64,000 nucleotides of DNA. It comes from a candidate division WOR-3 bacterium. GTDB lineage: Bacteria; Hydrothermota; UBA3072; B12-G15. The notes under the pieces were generated by a model. The model had not been told where the DNA came from, did no database searches, and saw only the letters and a list, made by a program, of their open reading frames with translations. Of the stretch, positions 49,429 to 58,512 are shown piece by piece; the first letter of the stretch is position 1, and each line of letters opens with the position of its first letter. Both the position numbers and the translations under genes were made by a program. Location: positions 18,343 through 82,342 of the forward strand of contig CBFGJG010000004.1 of the NCBI GenBank assembly GCA_965649055.1, read 5' to 3'.

Positions 49429-50179
49429 TCTTATGAAAACTATAAAAAATTTACTGGATTTCGATCCTATGAATTATAAGGAAAAACCTTTTAAAAGAAG
49501 AATAAGGGTAAGAATGAGGGCACTTGGGTTTGAAACATACAAAGAGTACGAGGAATATCTTAAAAATAATATAGAAGAACAGATTAAACTTAAAGATACC
49601 CTTACCATTAATGTTAGTAAATTTTTCAGAAACTTAGAGGTATTTGAGATTATAAAAGATGAAATTATACCTAAGATTAAAGAACCTGTAAGATGCTGGA
49701 GTGCTGGATGTTCTACAGGTGAAGAACCTTATACAATTGCTATAATACTTAAAGAACTTGGTAAAGAGGGAAGAATAATAGGAACAGATATAGATACAGA
49801 CGCACTTAAAAAAGCGAGGGAAGGCGTATACACTATTTTTTCTATGGACGAGATACCATACCAGTATATTAAAAAATACTTCGATGAGAAAGATGGAAAA
49901 TATATAATAAAAGATTTTATAAAAAATTATGTTACATTCCTTGAACTCGATTTTAAAGATATTGAAAAATTTACAATGAAATTTGATATTATTCTTTGCA
50001 GAAATGTTCTTATATATCTTACAAAAGAATTTCAGGAAAAATTAATAACAAGATTCTATGAATTGCTTGATGAAGGTGGTTTTTTAATACTTGGTATGGC
50101 TGAGACACTTGGTATTGGTAAATATGAATATTTTTTACCTTATAAATTAAAAGAAAGGATTTACAGAAAAAATGGATAA
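49409..50179 (+). CDS. cheR: Protein-glutamate methyltransferase
   Basis: TINVSKFFR, WSAGCSTGEEPY, GTDID, CRNVLIY. Confidence 0.93.
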   Translation: MDLELYSLMKTIKNLLDFDPMNYKEKPFKRRIRVRMRALGFETYKEYEEYLKNNIEEQIKLKDTLTINVSKFFRNLEVFEIIKDEIIPKIKEPVRCWSAGCSTGEEPYTIAIILKELGKEGRIIGTDIDTDALKKAREGVYTIFSMDEIPYQYIKKYFDEKDGKYIIKDFIKNYVTFLELDFKDIEKFTMKFDIILCRNVLIYLTKEFQEKLITRFYELLDEGGFLILGMAETLGIGKYEYFLPYKLKERIYRKNG

Positions 50180-50648
50180 GATATTTGTCAAGATAGCAGA
50201 GATGAAAGCAGGTAAAGCCCCGAGTGTAATTATAACAATGGGGCTTGGTTCATGTGTAGCAGTTTCTTTATATGACAGAGCAAATAAATTTGGAGGGTTG
50301 CTTCACTTTTTACTACCGGAAAATCCTTCTAATGATTCAAATTATTTTAAATACGGGGATAGTGGCATAAAAGAGATGATAAAATATTTTAGAAATAATG
50401 GCTCAAAATTAGAAAATATAGAGGCAAAAATAGTGGGTGGTTCAATTATGTTCACTCAACTTCTAAAAAGCACAGAGAATGCAGTTGGACCAAGAAATGT
50501 TAAGATAGCAAAAGAAATTCTTGAAAAACATAATATAAGGATTGTGAGTGAAGATACTGGCGGTGATTACGGTAGAAGTGTGGAATTTTATCTTGAAACA
50601 GGAGAATTAAAAGTTAGCTCTTATAAAACAGGTATAAAGATTATATGA
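50172..50648 (+). CDS. cheD: Glutamine deamidase
   Basis: GLGSCVAV, HFLLP, AKIVGG, G.RN, DTGG..GR. Confidence 0.92.
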   Translation: MDKIFVKIAEMKAGKAPSVIITMGLGSCVAVSLYDRANKFGGLLHFLLPENPSNDSNYFKYGDSGIKEMIKYFRNNGSKLENIEAKIVGGSIMFTQLLKSTENAVGPRNVKIAKEILEKHNIRIVSEDTGGDYGRSVEFYLETGELKVSSYKTGIKII

Positions 50649-51673
50649 AAACAATAAAGGTCCTTATCGTTGACGATTCTTCTTTTATGAGAAAACTTTT
50701 AAGAGATATACTTGAGGCACATCCTGAAATAAAGGTTGTAGGGATGGCTAAGAATGGGGAAGAGGCAATACAGTTAAACGAAACACTCGAACCCGATGTT
50801 ATTACAATGGATGTAGAAATGCCTGTTATGAACGGAATAGAGGCAGTCCAGAAGATTATGGAATCAAATCCAAAACCAATAATAATGTTAAGTGCACATA
50901 CAAGAGAAAATGCAAAGATAACAATTGAGGCACTTGAGAAAGGTGCGTTTGATTTTGTCCCCAAGCCTGGAGGTGAGGTTTCTACAAACCTTATAAACAT
51001 AAGTGAAGAGATTACCGAAAAGATAAAGGCAGCATACTATGCTAATCTTCCAGCTTTGAGGGAGTCAGTATATTTGTCAAAGATTGAAAAACCAAGGGTA
51101 TCTTCATCCCAAAAAGTTGTTGTTATTGCAAGTTCAACAGGAGGACCAAAAGCTTTATCATACATAATACCTAAAATACCAAAGGATTTTAATTCACCTA
51201 TTATAGTTGTTCAGCATATGCCAGAAGGATTCACATCTGCATTTGCAGAAAGGCTTAAAAGTATAAGTAAATTGAATGTGAAAGAAGCAGAAGATGGTGA
51301 TACAATAAAAAGAGGGAACATATACATTGCACCTTCCGGTTTCCATACAATAATAAACGAAGAAGAAAAGATAGTTCTTACGAGGGATAAACCTATACAT
51401 GGTGTGAGACCTGCAGCTGATAAAACCATGGTATCCGCTGCTAATGTTTTCTTAAATAATACAATCGGAGTTGTTCTCACCGGAATGGGTAAAGATGGCG
51501 CTGTTGGTGTAAAAAGGATTAAAGCAGTAGGTGGTAAAAATATAGCACAGGATGAAAAAACATCAATAATATATGGTATGCCAAAAGCAGCATATGAAAC
51601 AGGATGCGTTGATGAAGTGCTACCACTTGAGAAGATACCGGAGGGCTTGCTCAGGATGGTTTCAGATGATTAA
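50645..51673 (+). CDS. cheB: Receiver plus methylesterase
   Basis: VDDS, MDVEMP; SSTGGP, QHMP, LTGMGKDG, IYGMP. Confidence 0.95.
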   Translation: MKTIKVLIVDDSSFMRKLLRDILEAHPEIKVVGMAKNGEEAIQLNETLEPDVITMDVEMPVMNGIEAVQKIMESNPKPIIMLSAHTRENAKITIEALEKGAFDFVPKPGGEVSTNLINISEEITEKIKAAYYANLPALRESVYLSKIEKPRVSSSQKVVVIASSTGGPKALSYIIPKIPKDFNSPIIVVQHMPEGFTSAFAERLKSISKLNVKEAEDGDTIKRGNIYIAPSGFHTIINEEEKIVLTRDKPIHGVRPAADKTMVSAANVFLNNTIGVVLTGMGKDGAVGVKRIKAVGGKNIAQDEKTSIIYGMPKAAYETGCVDEVLPLEKIPEGLLRMVSDD

Positions 51674-52427
51674 AGAGATAGAAGATATTGTAAGGAAAAT
51701 AAAGAATTCAAAGGATAAAATGGAAATATCAGAAAATATAAAAAGATTTAAAAATCTTTATAACAAATATTTACAGTATCTTGAAGATATGAAAAAAGAT
51801 GTAAACAAGATAGAAGCAACTTTGTCAAGTTCAACTTTCGCTGAAAAACTTGTATTCTCACCTGTTGACGTTCAGACATTGATAGAAAAGGCAAAGAACG
51901 ATATTGTGAAGGGAAATTACAACGATGCAATGAAGAATCTCCATCTCGCTAAAAAAATAGAACCGGAAAATATAAAAGTCTACTCATTACTCGGATGGGT
52001 TCTTCTTGAACTTGAAAAATACGATGAAGCACTTGCAGTATACCAGAAGGTTTTGAAGTTAGATCCATCAAACGAAATAGCAATGGTTCATATTGGTTTT
52101 GTTAATTATAAACTTGGAATTTTTGGTGAAGCAATTGAGAAACTCTCAAGGATAAATAAAGAGGGAAGAAATAAGGAAGCAGTCCTTTATTCCCTACTTT
52201 ATCTTGGCAGGATCTATTTTGAAAGGGAGATGTTCAACGATGCAATAGAGATACTTGAGGAGGCAATATCTTTAGGGCCAAATCTTTTTGAGGCTTACTA
52301 TCTCTTGGGAAAGGCATACCTGGAAAAGGGGGATAGGAAAAAATGTGATGAGATTTGGGAGAAAGCCATTAGTAAAGGTATACAAGATAAATGGGTGGAT
52401 AAGATAAAGGAGGAAAAAAATGGTTGA
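51666..52427 (+). CDS. Coiled-coil plus TPR protein
   Basis: TPR repeats; ATG 51666 overlaps the cheB end. Confidence 0.8.
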   Translation: MIKEIEDIVRKIKNSKDKMEISENIKRFKNLYNKYLQYLEDMKKDVNKIEATLSSSTFAEKLVFSPVDVQTLIEKAKNDIVKGNYNDAMKNLHLAKKIEPENIKVYSLLGWVLLELEKYDEALAVYQKVLKLDPSNEIAMVHIGFVNYKLGIFGEAIEKLSRINKEGRNKEAVLYSLLYLGRIYFEREMFNDAIEILEEAISLGPNLFEAYYLLGKAYLEKGDRKKCDEIWEKAISKGIQDKWVDKIKEEKNG

Positions 52428-53226
52428 AGAATACTGGGGTTTAAGGAGCAAACCATTTTTAAATACGCCTGATTTAAAATTCCTTTTTAGAAGTGAAGAT
52501 TTTAAAGAGGGATATGCAAGGATTATTTATAACATAAACGAGATTAGTGGTGGACTCACCCTTATTACAGGTGAAATTGGTTGCGGGAAAACATATCTTG
52601 CAAATGCGTTGAAAAAAGACCTTACTGAATTCGGTCATAAGGTGATATTTGTAACTAATCCTATATTTACACAGACTGGTTTTGTGAGATGGATTGCTGA
52701 AAATTTTCTCGAACAGGAAAAAGTTCCTTATCAGAAAGTTAAAATTTTTACAGCACTTGAGAATATGCTTAAAGAAAATGCAAATAAGGATAAAAAATAT
52801 ATAGCGATAATAGACGAGGCTCAGATATTAAAGGCTAAGGTCCTTGAAGAAATAAGATTACTGTTGAATATTGAATCAGATGAAAAGAAATTAATTCAGA
52901 TAATATTGCTCGGTCAACCTGAAATAGAAAAAAAGATTGAGAAGATGCCACAGATAAGACAGAGGATTAATATAAGATACCATATAGAACCAATGGATGA
53001 AGAAGAGGCTATATTGTATATTGAACACAGATTAAAGGTTGCAGGTGCAAAAAAGGAAATATTCAATGATGAGGCTAAAAAAACATTGTATAAATTAAGT
53101 GGTGGTATACCCAGGAATATAAATACTCTTGCGCAAAACTCTTTATTTGTAGGCTATAGCCTGAAAAAAGATGTTATAGACAAAGAAATAATAGAAGCAG
53201 TTGCTGAAGATTTAAGGATGGTGTGA
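52420..53226 (+). CDS. ExeA/GspA-family AAA ATPase
   Basis: YWGL..KPF..TPD, GEIGCGKT, IIDEAQ, GQPE, G.PR.IN. Confidence 0.88.
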   Translation: MVEEYWGLRSKPFLNTPDLKFLFRSEDFKEGYARIIYNINEISGGLTLITGEIGCGKTYLANALKKDLTEFGHKVIFVTNPIFTQTGFVRWIAENFLEQEKVPYQKVKIFTALENMLKENANKDKKYIAIIDEAQILKAKVLEEIRLLLNIESDEKKLIQIILLGQPEIEKKIEKMPQIRQRINIRYHIEPMDEEEAILYIEHRLKVAGAKKEIFNDEAKKTLYKLSGGIPRNINTLAQNSLFVGYSLKKDVIDKEIIEAVAEDLRMV

Positions 53227-53227
53227 T

Positions 53228-53875
53228 ATGAAAAAGAAAAAAATAAGTTTCCAGAAAGCAGTTGAAGAAACAAAAAAGGAAGAAGTAGTAGAAAAAGAAG
53301 AGTTAAAAGTTCCTGATAAAGAAAAAATTGAAATGAAATCCGAAAAAGAGGTTAAAGAGATTGAAATCAAAGAAGAAAAAGAAACAAAAAAAGAAGAAAA
53401 GACTGATTTTGTCAAAGAAGGAGAAGAATTAAAGAAAAAAAGAAAAGGTGAAGCGGTGATGGGAATAGCAATCATGAATGAATATTACGCAATACCTATT
53501 GAGGATGTTGTAGAGATAACAGAGGTTAAAATTGTTCCAGCACCTGAAATGCCTGAATTCCTTGATGGAATAACGGAGATAAGAGGGAAGATTATACCTG
53601 TTCTTGATCCAGCAATTTTATTGGGTATAGGGAAACAGGTAAAAGGAAAGGTTATACTTGTTGACATAAGAGGTGAACTGGTTGGACTTAAAGTTACAGA
53701 GATAATTGGTATGATAAAAATAAAAGGAAGAAAGGTTTATTCTTTACCTGAACCACTTTCAAAAATATTTCTTTCAACTGCTTTTGAATTCAACGGGAAA
53801 ATTTTTGGGATTATAGAGCTTTCAAATCTATTAAGGGATGAGTATCTTCAGGAATTGAAAAAGAAGGAAAAATGA
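53228..53875 (+). CDS. cheW: CheW domain protein with a Lys/Glu-rich N-terminal extension
   Basis: YAIPIEDV.EI, P....GI..IRG.IIPV.D, VGL.V. Confidence 0.85.
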   Translation: MKKKKISFQKAVEETKKEEVVEKEELKVPDKEKIEMKSEKEVKEIEIKEEKETKKEEKTDFVKEGEELKKKRKGEAVMGIAIMNEYYAIPIEDVVEITEVKIVPAPEMPEFLDGITEIRGKIIPVLDPAILLGIGKQVKGKVILVDIRGELVGLKVTEIIGMIKIKGRKVYSLPEPLSKIFLSTAFEFNGKIFGIIELSNLLRDEYLQELKKKEK

Positions 53876-54279
53876 AATGCCTCATTTTTTCAATAGGAGG
53901 CTACAATTTCGGTATTAGCATCGATGAGGTGAAAGAGGTAGGAAAACAAAAAAATGCAAAAATTATTTCAAAAGAAAAAGATTTTTCAATCATAAAATAT
54001 AGAGATAAAAATTTCTTCCTATTTGATATCTCAAAGATTTTTTTTCTTTCGGATTCACTTGATAATATAGTTTTTCTTACTAAATTTGAAGACATAGCAT
54101 TCTTGATCGGAAAGATAAAGGGAATACATGATATAAATTTTAAAAATATCTCAAATACAATCTTTGATGTAGAATACATAAAGACTTTCGGTGAAATGGA
54201 AAATGAAACTATTTTTATACTTGATACTGAAAAAATTGTTAAAAGCAACAAGATAAAGAAAATAAAGACTTCAAAATGA
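53872..54279 (+). CDS. Divergent CheW-like protein
   Basis: LIFSIGG..FGI.I..VKEV...YR...FDI...FILD. Confidence 0.65.
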   Translation: MKCLIFSIGGYNFGISIDEVKEVGKQKNAKIISKEKDFSIIKYRDKNFFLFDISKIFFLSDSLDNIVFLTKFEDIAFLIGKIKGIHDINFKNISNTIFDVEYIKTFGEMENETIFILDTEKIVKSNKIKKIKTSK

Positions 54280-55475
54280 AATTTTCTGTTATATCAGTGG
54301 GGAATGAATTAATACAGGGAAGAATAAATGATACAAATGGGACTTACATATCAAAAAAGTTATTTGAAAAAGGATTTGACCTTGTATTGAGAATACAGGT
54401 TCCTGATAAAGAAGAGAAGATTAAAGATGCCATTAATTGTGCAATTAAAAGATCGGATGTTATTTTAATTACAGGCGGACTTGGAGGAACATCCGATGAT
54501 ATAACAAAAGAAGTTGTAGCAAGTTATCTTAAAAGGAAATTAATAGTTAACAATAAAATTTTGATGGAAATTGAAGAATTTTTTAGGAAGATAAATAAAC
54601 CTATGCCGGATTTAAATAAGAAAGTTGCATATGTAATTGAAGGTTCTAAAATTCATAAAAACAAAGTAGGCTTTGCCCCTTGCCTTGAAATAGATAAAGA
54701 TGGTAAAAAGATATTTCTTCTTCCAGGGATGAAAGAAGAACTTGAGGACTTTGTTGATAGAATCATAGATTTTTGGAAATCAAATAAGAATTATTCAAGG
54801 ACGTTTAAATTGTTTGGTATTACTGAGTGTGATGTTGAAAAAAAATTGGAGGATATTTTTGGAAAAGATGTTAGAGATTATGTTTTTTATTATCCTTCTT
54901 TTAAGGGACTTTCTGTTAAAATAATTTCAAAAAATGATGATAAATTTAGGGAAATTACCCGAAGATTCAAACATGAATTCAAGGATTTCATCTATTCTGA
55001 TAATGATAAAGAGATTGAAGTTGTGCTTGGAGATATTTTAAGAAGAAAAGGTTTAACAATTTCCGTAGCCGAGTCCTGCACAGGAGGTTTGATATCAAAT
55101 CTTATAACAGATATCCCCGGGAGTTCTGATTATTTTACAGGTGGTGTTGTCGTTTATTCAAATGATTCTAAGATAAAAATACTCGGTGTTGAGGAAGAGA
55201 TATTGAAGAAAAATGGTGCTGTGAGTGAGGAAGTTGCTTTACAAATGGCTGTAGGTTGTAGAAAATTATTTGGAACAGATATAGGTTTATCAACAACAGG
55301 GATTGCCGGACCTTCCGGTGGGAGTAAAGAAAAACCTGTTGGTCTTGTTTATACAGGAATAGCGATAAAAGATAAATCATTTGTTAAAAGGTATATATTT
55401 AAAGAACCAAGGTTAAGAATAAAGATGAACGCATCCGTAGCAGCAATTTTTAATGTTATTAAGGAGTTAAAATGA
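54276..55475 (+). CDS. cinA: CinA (MoCF-like domain plus NMN deamidase PncC)
   Basis: VGNEL..G...DTN, TGGLG...DD, AESCTGG, GAVS, TGIAGP.GG. Confidence 0.93.
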   Translation: MKFSVISVGNELIQGRINDTNGTYISKKLFEKGFDLVLRIQVPDKEEKIKDAINCAIKRSDVILITGGLGGTSDDITKEVVASYLKRKLIVNNKILMEIEEFFRKINKPMPDLNKKVAYVIEGSKIHKNKVGFAPCLEIDKDGKKIFLLPGMKEELEDFVDRIIDFWKSNKNYSRTFKLFGITECDVEKKLEDIFGKDVRDYVFYYPSFKGLSVKIISKNDDKFREITRRFKHEFKDFIYSDNDKEIEVVLGDILRRKGLTISVAESCTGGLISNLITDIPGSSDYFTGGVVVYSNDSKIKILGVEEEILKKNGAVSEEVALQMAVGCRKLFGTDIGLSTTGIAGPSGGSKEKPVGLVYTGIAIKDKSFVKRYIFKEPRLRIKMNASVAAIFNVIKELK

Positions 55476-55990
55476 GATTATTCTTTGGCATAGAGATACC
55501 CGATGCAGAAAGGGAAAAGATAGAGAAGATTAAATATAATATAAAGATAGATGGAAAAATAAAATGGGTTGAGAAGGAAAATCTACATTTAACATTACTT
55601 TTCCTTGGAGAAAAAAATCTCATTGAAGTTATAGGATTACTTGAAAAATTCAGATTTGAACCTTTTGATGTTTCTTTAAAAGGTTTCGGGGTATTCCCTG
55701 ATTTAAAAAGACCAAGGGTTTTATGGATTGGTGTTGAAAAAGGTAAAGAAAAAATGAAGGAACTCTACGAGAAGTTAACCATGAGGCTTGAACCTTTAAA
55801 TTTAGAGATAGAAAAAAGATTTTTTCCACATCTGACAATAGGCAGAATAAAATTTGGAAATGTGAACTATGAAAAATTGGAATACAATAGTGAGATTTTT
55901 CATGTTGATAAATTTGTCCTATTTTCAAGCACATTAACAAAAAGCGGTCCAATATATAAAAAAGAGAAAATTTTTAGTTCAGGAGGGTAA
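55472..55990 (+). CDS. thpR: RNA 2',3'-cyclic phosphodiesterase
   Basis: RLFFGI, HLTL.FLG, PRVLW, PHLT; two HxT motifs. Confidence 0.92.
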   Translation: MRLFFGIEIPDAEREKIEKIKYNIKIDGKIKWVEKENLHLTLLFLGEKNLIEVIGLLEKFRFEPFDVSLKGFGVFPDLKRPRVLWIGVEKGKEKMKELYEKLTMRLEPLNLEIEKRFFPHLTIGRIKFGNVNYEKLEYNSEIFHVDKFVLFSSTLTKSGPIYKKEKIFSSGG

Positions 55991-55992
55991 TT

Positions 55993-56940
55993 ATGGAAAA
56001 TTTAACGATAGGTATAAAGTTTCTGGTGTTAAATGTAATATTCCTGATACTTGCAGCGCATATGGAAAGATCTGGATTATTTGATATTATTTTCTCACGA
56101 ATTTCTGGGAAGAAATATTCAATGAATCTTATTGTTTCTATTGTCTTCTTATTTTCAACATTACACCTGTATCCATTGTTCATTGGGATTGGAAAAAGAT
56201 TCTCAAAGAAAGCAGATAAGATTGAGGCAGTTTTTTCACTAATTATTGTTTCAATAATTTCAGGTAGTATCATATCACCGATTGGTAATCAACGAAATTT
56301 ATTTTTATTATCTTATCTTTCTTCTTATTATCCTGAAAATATTAGATTTTTCAATCTATTTTTTAAAGATACATTTTTAATCTGGATTACATCTCTGATA
56401 ATGTTGAATATAATAACTATTTTTTTAAAGCCACATTTTACAGAAAAGATAGAAGCACCAAAGTTCAGATATAAAGAATTATTATTTTTTGCTATATGTC
56501 TTTTTTTTGTTATTCCTTTTGGTATGGGTAAATTAAATTTTCTTGGTTTTTCCTTCATAGTTTTATTTTTAATGGTTGCATTCACAAGTTTGGAAACATT
56601 GAAACAGACAAAATGGATTTATCTTATCCCTGTTGTTGTTTCTATTCCCCTGAGCATTATACCATTTAAATCACCATTAAATCTTAGTGGCTATTTGATG
56701 CACTTTATAACATTTCTTTCATCAGGTGTTATTACATCAAACCTTTCATCGGTTATCTTTTCAACACCTGATTTGAATAGCATAGGTTTCTTAATAAAAG
56801 GAATATCCTGTGGTTCACTTATTCCTGTTCTTGGTTCTTTCGAATTTATAAATATAAAATTTATTATGAAGGAAAAAACAAATATATTTATTTTTATATT
56901 GTTTTCTTTAGCAGGTTTGTTAATATCACTGATAAAATAA
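55993..56940 (+). CDS. Membrane transporter-like protein (ArsB/NhaD/CitMHS-like)
   Basis: Multi-TM; GS..SPIGN..N motif. Confidence 0.55.
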   Translation: MENLTIGIKFLVLNVIFLILAAHMERSGLFDIIFSRISGKKYSMNLIVSIVFLFSTLHLYPLFIGIGKRFSKKADKIEAVFSLIIVSIISGSIISPIGNQRNLFLLSYLSSYYPENIRFFNLFFKDTFLIWITSLIMLNIITIFLKPHFTEKIEAPKFRYKELLFFAICLFFVIPFGMGKLNFLGFSFIVLFLMVAFTSLETLKQTKWIYLIPVVVSIPLSIIPFKSPLNLSGYLMHFITFLSSGVITSNLSSVIFSTPDLNSIGFLIKGISCGSLIPVLGSFEFINIKFIMKEKTNIFIFILFSLAGLLISLIK

Positions 56941-56952
56941 AAGGAGGAAGGT

Positions 56953-57990
56953 ATGGATGAAAAAAAGAAAAAAGCAATTGAGGAGGCGTTGAAACAGATA
57001 GAGAAACAATTCGGGAAAGGCACAGTTATGCAACTTGGTGATAAAACGATTGTAAAGGTTGATGTTATTCCGACAGGTTCGATAGGGCTTGATTATGCAC
57101 TCGGTGTTGGTGGTGTCCCGAGAGGAAGAATAGTTGAGATTTTTGGGCAGGAAGCTTCAGGTAAAACAACGCTCGCTCTTCATATCATTGCTGAGGCACA
57201 AAAAAGAGGTGGAATAGCTGCTTTTATTGACGCAGAACATGCACTTGATCCTAAATATGCATCCAATATAGGTGTTAATGTTGAAAATCTTTTAATCTCC
57301 CAGCCAGATACAGGTGAACAGGCACTCGAGATAGCAGAGACTCTTATTCGCAGTGGTGGTATAGACCTTATAGTTGTTGATTCTGTAGCAGCACTTGTTC
57401 CAAAGGCAGAGATAGATGGTGAGATGGGTGATGCACATGTTGGTCTTCAGGCAAGATTGATGTCTCAGGCATTAAGAAAATTAACAGGTGTTTTGAATAA
57501 GTCATATACGAGTGCAGTGTTCATAAATCAGGTTAGATACAAAATAGGTATGATGTTTGGTCCACAGTATACAACACCGGGAGGACTTGCATTAAAATTC
57601 CATTCTTCTGTGAGGATAGATATAAGAAATCTCGGCGCTATAAAAGAAGGTGATGAGAATATAGGTATGAGGGTATCCTGTAAGGTTGTAAAGAATAAAC
57701 TTGCACCACCTTTTAAATCAGCTGAATTTGATATTATTTACGGACAGGGTATATCAAAAGAAGGGGAATTAATTGATATAGGTATTAATCTCGGTATAAT
57801 TGAGAAAACAGGTGCATGGTATAGTTATAAAGATGAGAAGATAGGTCAGGGAAGGGAAAAAGTAAGGGCTTTCCTTATAGAAAATCCAGATATAAAGGAA
57901 AAAATTGAAAACGAGATAAGGAGGAAACTGAATATATTAGATGAAAATCAACCTGAAGGAAAGGGGAAGGAAAATACTTCTTCTGATTGA
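56953..57990 (+). CDS. recA: Recombinase A
   Basis: [50 protein letters not shown]. Confidence 0.98.
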   Translation: MDEKKKKAIEEALKQIEKQFGKGTVMQLGDKTIVKVDVIPTGSIGLDYALGVGGVPRGRIVEIFGQEASGKTTLALHIIAEAQKRGGIAAFIDAEHALDPKYASNIGVNVENLLISQPDTGEQALEIAETLIRSGGIDLIVVDSVAALVPKAEIDGEMGDAHVGLQARLMSQALRKLTGVLNKSYTSAVFINQVRYKIGMMFGPQYTTPGGLALKFHSSVRIDIRNLGAIKEGDENIGMRVSCKVVKNKLAPPFKSAEFDIIYGQGISKEGELIDIGINLGIIEKTGAWYSYKDEKIGQGREKVRAFLIENPDIKEKIENEIRRKLNILDENQPEGKGKENTSSD

Positions 57991-58510
57991 TGGGAAAAAA
58001 GAAGGTCTTTTCCCTAAAAGTTTAATAAAAGATATCAAAGAATCAGATGTAGATGAAGAGGAGATAAAAAGTTTATTTGAAAATATTATTATACCTTATG
58101 CCAAAGAGATAATTTTAAGAAATCTGAGTGTAAGGGATAGGACAGAAAAAGAGATAAAACAAATATTGCTGAAGAGGGAATTTTCTGAAGAAACTATAAA
58201 AAGGGTGATTGAAGATTTTAAGAATGCCAATCTTATCAATGATATGAAAACCGGAATATTTATCGTTCAAAATTCAAGGGGTAAAAGCAAGAATGAATTA
58301 AGGTTTAAACTTAAAAATATAGGTCTAAAAGAAGATGAGATAGAAGAGATTTTAAGGGATTATGACGAGAAAGAAGAACTGAAGGATTTAATCCCCAGGT
58401 TGATTAAAAAATACAAAGATATTGATAGATTGAAAAGATATCTTATGAATAAAGGATTTGAATATGAAAATATACAGGATTTATTAAGGGAATATAAAGA
58501 AGAATATTGA
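57941..58510 (+). CDS. recX: RecA regulator
   Basis: Directly after recA; LS.RDRT.KE...L, IND, YL..KGF. Confidence 0.8.
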   Translation: MKINLKERGRKILLLIDGKKEGLFPKSLIKDIKESDVDEEEIKSLFENIIIPYAKEIILRNLSVRDRTEKEIKQILLKREFSEETIKRVIEDFKNANLINDMKTGIFIVQNSRGKSKNELRFKLKNIGLKEDEIEEILRDYDEKEELKDLIPRLIKKYKDIDRLKRYLMNKGFEYENIQDLLREYKEEY

Positions 58511-58512
58511 TT

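Noticed and set aside
56939..56955. CRISPR spacer self-targeting the recA ribosome-binding site
   Set aside because: Only the generic SD stretch AAAGGAGGAA (10 nt) is shared, which is too little to support targeting.
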